IMG/VR virus record: IMGVR_UViG_3300042983_000001 | Coordinates: 1-49,061 of that record | Reading direction: 5' to 3' (one strand) | DNA: 49,061 bases | Origin: a virus | Lineage: Duplodnaviria; Caudoviricetes | Shown: positions 44,485 to 49,061 of the stretch, one piece after another | How the letters are laid out: each line of letters starts with the position of its first letter | How positions within the stretch are numbered: position 1 is the first letter of the stretch | Notes under the pieces: generated by a model | The model's database searches: none | Told to the model about the DNA's origin: nothing | The model's input: the letters and a program-made list of their open reading frames with translations, nothing else | Made by a program: the position numbers and the translations under genes

Positions 44485-47044
44485 ATGAGCACTCTGCAAG
44501 AGCACCTTGCCGACCTGAAGAAATTCCGCGACAAGCGCGGCGCGCCGGAGTGGAATGCACTCGTCGTTACCATGGTCAACGCGCACCTGGACGATTTCAT
44601 CGCAGCGCTTGAGCGCCATTTATACGTAGGGGTGCCAGCGCGCAGAGAGAAAATCGAAGCGTTCCGTTCGCTCGGTGCGAATTGGGATAGCTACGGAGCC
44701 TGCGTCTTCAGCCAAAAAAGCGTTGACGCCGCGCTTGCCCTGGAGCCGCGCATTCCTGAGACCTTCAGCAGCGTCGTTCCGATAGCAGACGGCGGGGTCA
44801 TGTTCGGGGCGAATGGTGACGAGATCACCATCGAGGTATACGCAGTTGACGATGCCGACATAGGTCGGTTCATATCAGTGGAACGCTCATGATCGCGTAT
44901 CGACGCTGGCAGAAGCACAAAGGCAGCAAGTCGTGGCTGTGCGACGGCTGGTTTCTTTTCGGATTCATCCCGCTCTACACGCGGAAAATTCCGAATTAGA
45001 GCACCTTCGACATACGGGAACGCACATGAAGAAAAAACGGCCTGTCCTTCAAGCTACTCATATTGTCGAATCAAACGCAGAGGCGTTTGCTAAGTTTTTG
45101 GCGGGAGACCGCAGTGGTCTACGGTGCACAATTTGCAATGCCGCTATAGGCGGATGCGATTGCTGGACGAAGTGCGCTTGCGGCTGGTCGTTTCAGAAGG
45201 GAACGAAGTGCCGCAATCCGCAGTGCACGGGAAAGTCTGATGAGCGCCGATAAGAATTGGCTTGTCGAATACCGTTTCAATGGTGAGGCATTCGTCCTCA
45301 CCGTATGGGCCAAGACGCAGCCAGAGGCGAAGGCCAAGCTGTTCAACGCAGCAGCCTATGGCATCGTCAAGGGCGAAGTGCAGGCGATATTGCCGGCAGT
45401 TCCTGGCGCTGGATTACTGGTACGTCTGATTAGCTGGTGGAAAAACTGGCGTCAGTCTGGAGATGGATTGCCAATGTCGAAAGAGAACGGAGGAGTGAAA
45501 TGAAACGCGTCTACCGACACACCATAGGAGAAGGGTCGCTGCCCGAGTGGCTGGAACTTGGCCCGGGCGTCGCACGGGCTCGTCTAGAGAAGCTTGACGT
45601 GAAAGCTGGCGACGACGTGCGGCTTCAGGTGGAAGGGGACACCTATACCGTCACCATTGAGGGGAATGAAATGAACCTTGACCTGACCATACGAGCAATC
45701 GAAGGATACGTGATCGAGAAGAAGGCCGCGGGCGTGCCTCCAACTACGATGATGGATATCCCTCTCAAGCTCGAACAGTGGGAGGCGATCGCGAAGGCGT
45801 TCCGGGCGCGCTACAACCAGGAGCGCGGCACCCTGATCTATCGGCTGCACAATTGGTGCAACGAAGCGCGCGGCGCCGACCTCGTTGAGGAGGGCCAAGC
45901 ACTAATGAGCGAGGCCGCAGAAGCGCTCGCGTCGCGGCCGGAAGAACTAACGAATAAGCACCTGCGCGATGCTGCCGCCTATATCCTGAATCCGATCAGT
46001 GCAGAGGCAGATATCAGGGATCAGGCCGAAATGCTCGCGCGGCATTTTATGAACAAAGGGGGCGAGTCGTGAGAGTGCCAGCGCCGATTGCCGGCGAATA
46101 CAATCGACTTGGAATAGCGGTGCGCGAAAAGAGAATGACCATAGAGCAGGCTCTGAAGGAGCTTGCTCAAATCTGCATCGACCGTCACGAGCATTTTGGC
46201 CTGATGCTGGCGCCAATCGTTGGCGAGACGTCCTACAAATTCCTCTATAACGAACTGCTCATGCAAGTCAGCAATAAATACCCTGGCGAAACACGCCACC
46301 AGACCGCGCTGCGCTACCTGCGCGCTGCCGAGAACAACGACGGCCAAGGTGAGGAGTGCGCAAAGAGTGCGTTACCTCAGGACTCACGCTAGATGGCTAC
46401 CGCCTTCGTCTTCCCAGAACGTCCGCCCACCGTCGAACGCCTGGCTTGGGATTGGGCCGAGAAGATCGCCGAGGAGCACCACGTAAAGGTGACGGTGACG
46501 CTTGAGCGAGATGGCGGAGGGTTTCATGAACTTTCAATCGACAAGCGTCCGAACGCCGCAAAAGAGGGCTAGTCATGGAAAATCTAGCATTGCTGCTCTG
46601 GTACGCTATCGGCGTGTACGCCACGGCACGATTGGCTTGGGCACTAGTCCCACGAATAACTGTCGGCGATCTGTTCATCATCATCGTCAGCGGTATAGCC
46701 GGGCCGCTCATATTCGTATTCTGGCTGTTCCTGTGGCCGCGCAGGCGCCCATGGTTCGGCTGGCTGGCGCGATGGTTTAGGTTCCTCGATTGGAGGGTGC
46801 TGTGACGCGCGCCGGTTCTCTGGAAAGGGCGCACAGCTTGCAAGAGCGAAAGGCGATGCAGGAGCGCCTGCGCGAGTCGCTGCGCATCCACATCGTCAAG
46901 TGGATCGAGGCGAATTGCGACGACAACCCGTATTGGGCCGAGGCGTGGTTTGCTCCGGAGACCGAGGATCGAATGACAGAAGTGGCATGGCAGGTATTTA
47001 TGTCCAGCCGCGACGGGCAGAGATTTGCTGAGGGGGAGAAATGA
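44485..47044 (+). CDS. Run of small accessory genes (e.g. 44485-44892, 45240-45503, 45500-46072, 46069-46392, 46575-46805 membrane protein, 46802-47044)
   Basis: Coupled plus-strand ORFs with no recognisable function. Confidence 0.55.
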
Positions 47045-47208
47045 CGCGCTCACCTACCATCGAAACCTGCTCTATCTGATGGCCCCTTCACGCGCAACCG
47101 ATCATCCACTCTCGCAGGGTGCCTGCGTAGGTAACGATCAGGGACGCCCGAGCTGCTGGAGCCGTAGGGTTCGCGCATTGGGCGGTTCTGAACCCCTGTG
47201 AGGGATGG

Positions 47209-47400
47209 ATGAGCGCAGCCTTCCTCTCCGCTGACGAAGTCCGGGAACTGACCGGATATAAACTCGCTGCCAAGCAAATCGAGTGGCTTATCAGGAACGC
47301 CATTCCGCATTACGTCAATGCCCTTGGCCGGCCGGTTGTTCCGAAAAATCTACTGGCTGAAAGATCAGTGGCGCATCCTGAATTGGGAACCGTAAAATGA
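47209..47400 (+). CDS. xis: Excisionase (DUF4224-like)
   Basis: 'FLSADEVRELTGYK...QIEWL...GRPVV'; overlaps int. Confidence 0.85.
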   Translation: MSAAFLSADEVRELTGYKLAAKQIEWLIRNAIPHYVNALGRPVVPKNLLAERSVAHPELGTVK

Positions 47401-48371
47401 CGCCCGAAATGGGACGCCCCAAAACGGTGTACCTAAACCTTCCGCCGAGGATGACGGCGCGCCGGCTGAGATCCGGCAGGGTCCTCTACTACTACGGCCA
47501 GAAGAAAATCCCCCTCGGTTCTGACCTCAACGCCGCCCGCATCAAGTGGGCGAGCCACGAGAACGGGGTGTCTGACAGCGGCAGGTTTGCGGTCATTGCG
47601 AAACGCTGGGAAGCCGAGGAATTACCCAAGCTAGCCATTCGTACCCAGCAGTCCTACGGCTTTATGCTGGCTCAGCTTGAGGAGGCGTTCAGGAATTTCA
47701 CCTTGGACCAAATCCGGCCGGTCGATGTCCGGAGATACCTTGACCTACGCTCTGCCAAGGTTTCCGCAAATCGGGAAGTATCGTTGCTTTCCACGATATT
47801 TAACTGGGCGCGTGAGCGGGGCCTGACCAGCAATGCTAACCCGTGCCTCGGGGTGACACGGCACCAAGAGAAGCCGAGGCGCCGGTACGTAACCGACGAA
47901 GAGTACGCCGCCATTATGGCAAAGGCTCCGGCCTTCCTTCAGGACGCCATGGATCTCGCCTTGCTCACCGGGCAAAGGCCCTCGGACGTTTTGAAGATGA
48001 CCCGCCAGGACATGCGGGACGGCTGTTTGTGGGTCGCGCAGGCTAAGACTGGGGCGAAGGTAGGGATTACCCTAGATGGGGACCTAGAAGTCGTCCTACA
48101 GCGCATTCTGGCACGTCCGCACGATGTCCAAAGCATGTACCTCATTTCGGACGAGCAAGGGCAGCGGGTGAACTATTGGAGCCTACATCACGCCTTCCTG
48201 AAAACCGGGGCGGACTGGCAGTTTAGAGACTTGCGGGCCAAGATGGTGACGGACGAAAAGGACCTGAAGGTCGCCCAGCAACGGGCCGGGCATACGACCG
48301 AGGTAACGACTGCCAGGGTCTACCGGCGGGTAAAAGGCAACGTGGTGAAGCCGCTGAAACGCGGGAATTAA
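47397..48371 (+). CDS. int: Tyrosine integrase
   Basis: 'TGQRPSDVL', 'QAKTG', 'FRDLRAK', 'AGH..EVTT..VY'. Confidence 0.93.
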   Translation: MTPEMGRPKTVYLNLPPRMTARRLRSGRVLYYYGQKKIPLGSDLNAARIKWASHENGVSDSGRFAVIAKRWEAEELPKLAIRTQQSYGFMLAQLEEAFRNFTLDQIRPVDVRRYLDLRSAKVSANREVSLLSTIFNWARERGLTSNANPCLGVTRHQEKPRRRYVTDEEYAAIMAKAPAFLQDAMDLALLTGQRPSDVLKMTRQDMRDGCLWVAQAKTGAKVGITLDGDLEVVLQRILARPHDVQSMYLISDEQGQRVNYWSLHHAFLKTGADWQFRDLRAKMVTDEKDLKVAQQRAGHTTEVTTARVYRRVKGNVVKPLKRGN

Positions 48372-48530
48372 GAACCGATTAGGAACCAAATCTCAAAAAC
48401 CTTTTTATAATCAGCGCGCGCTGTTGTAGTGCCCACACTTTACACATTTCGCAAGATCAAGACCTTACGCAAAATCGGTTCATAACGAAACAGACTGCAA
48501 TTGCCCGGGAGAGCGAGAGGATTATGAACG
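48367..48530. other. attP region with arm-type repeats
   Basis: ATTAAGAACC (48367), ATTAGGAACC (48378), inverted GTTATGAACC (48477-48486), ATTATGAACG (48521), directly after int. Confidence 0.7.
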
Positions 48531-48689
48531 GCTATTTGGTAGTGTCTCAGGTTGAGTTGTAACAGGTGATTTGAAGTTTAAAACGTTCGGATTATTGTAG
48601 GATAGTTCGAACGTATTTTACGATGCATTCCAGGACCGAAAACTACCAAGCTTGGTAGATTCTCCTGAGCTTTGGTAAGGTTGTTTTAG

Positions 48690-48714
48690 AAACAAAAAAC
48701 CCGCCGAAGCGGGG
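48690..48714 (-). terminator. Terminator of the hicB-hicA operon
   Basis: CCCGC-TTCG-GCGGG followed by TTTTTTGTTT. Confidence 0.85.
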
Positions 48715-48909
48715 TCAGAATTCTTTGTCTAGACCGGCTTGTTTCAAGACTTCGTTTGCCGTGTGCCTGGATTTTATGTCGCTGTCTACTGGGAATCGCT
48801 TCCCAGAGAGAGGGCTAAACCAAATTTCGTGGTCGCCCTTACCCTGCCGCTCAAAATAACAGCCGTTTTTCTTCAGAAGCTTCTTGAGCGGGCCAGTAAA
48901 CCCGGCCAC
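48715..48909 (-). CDS. hicA: HicA-family toxin
   Basis: 'LKKNGCYFERQGKGDHEIW...ANEVLKQAG'. Confidence 0.9.
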   Translation of the reverse strand: MAGFTGPLKKLLKKNGCYFERQGKGDHEIWFSPLSGKRFPVDSDIKSRHTANEVLKQAGLDKEF

Positions 48910-49061
48910 GCGTGCTACGCAGCTTCTCGATATGCGATTTCGTTGATTTCCCCGAGAAGCTTAAAGTGGATCTCTTCGCAGTCGGCATAGCCATTAGCGT
49001 CGAGAAGCTCGGGGATCATTGCTTTTAGCTTTGGGACTAGGATGTCCCAGCTCTCTGCTTC

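Larger units (their letters stand above)
1..49061. mobile_element. Complete temperate phage genome (lambdoid regulation, P22-like podovirus morphogenesis), excised/circular form
   Basis: Terminase, portal, capsid, tail, ejection, lysis, cI/cro, xis/int and attP are all present; bases 1-127 repeat at 48935-49061; no host housekeeping genes. Confidence 0.95.

Noticed and set aside
48935-49061. 127-bp terminal repeat as a biological DTR
   Set aside because: The length equals a common assembler k-mer and it falls mid-gene; it indicates circularity only.

Overview
This window is a complete, circularly assembled genome (48,934 bp unique plus a 127-bp end overlap) of a temperate lambdoid phage with a P22-like podovirus virion module. 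A Proteobacterial host is likely, but that is inference. The minus strand carries cro, cII, a DNA methyltransferase, a minimal replication gene, VRR-NUC and Q, then a branched-sugar biosynthesis cluster, the late promoter, terminase, portal, head, tail and ejection genes, a tail fibre and lysis genes. The plus strand carries cI, Erf, NinB and Ref-like recombination genes, C5 and N6 methyltransferases, a mosaic cassette-like accessory region including a DpdA/TGT-like gene with queD, then xis, int and an intact attP. A HicB-like/HicA toxin-antitoxin pair spans the origin. The most notable items are: (1) a streamlined RfbH + split TPP enzyme + reductase + GT2 pathway resembling yersiniose synthesis, with a methyltransferase-GT9 fusion inside the head operon (candidate phage glycosylation system); (2) a two-gene deazaguanine module bounded by repeated cassette-junction motifs; (3) a C5 methyltransferase whose missing motif IX is encoded in a nested alternative frame; (4) a 1.25-kb recombinase-less mini-island flanked by 18-bp direct repeats that splits a nuclease gene; (5) several structured RNA candidates. 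All family assignments are from motif recognition by eye; no database searches were run.
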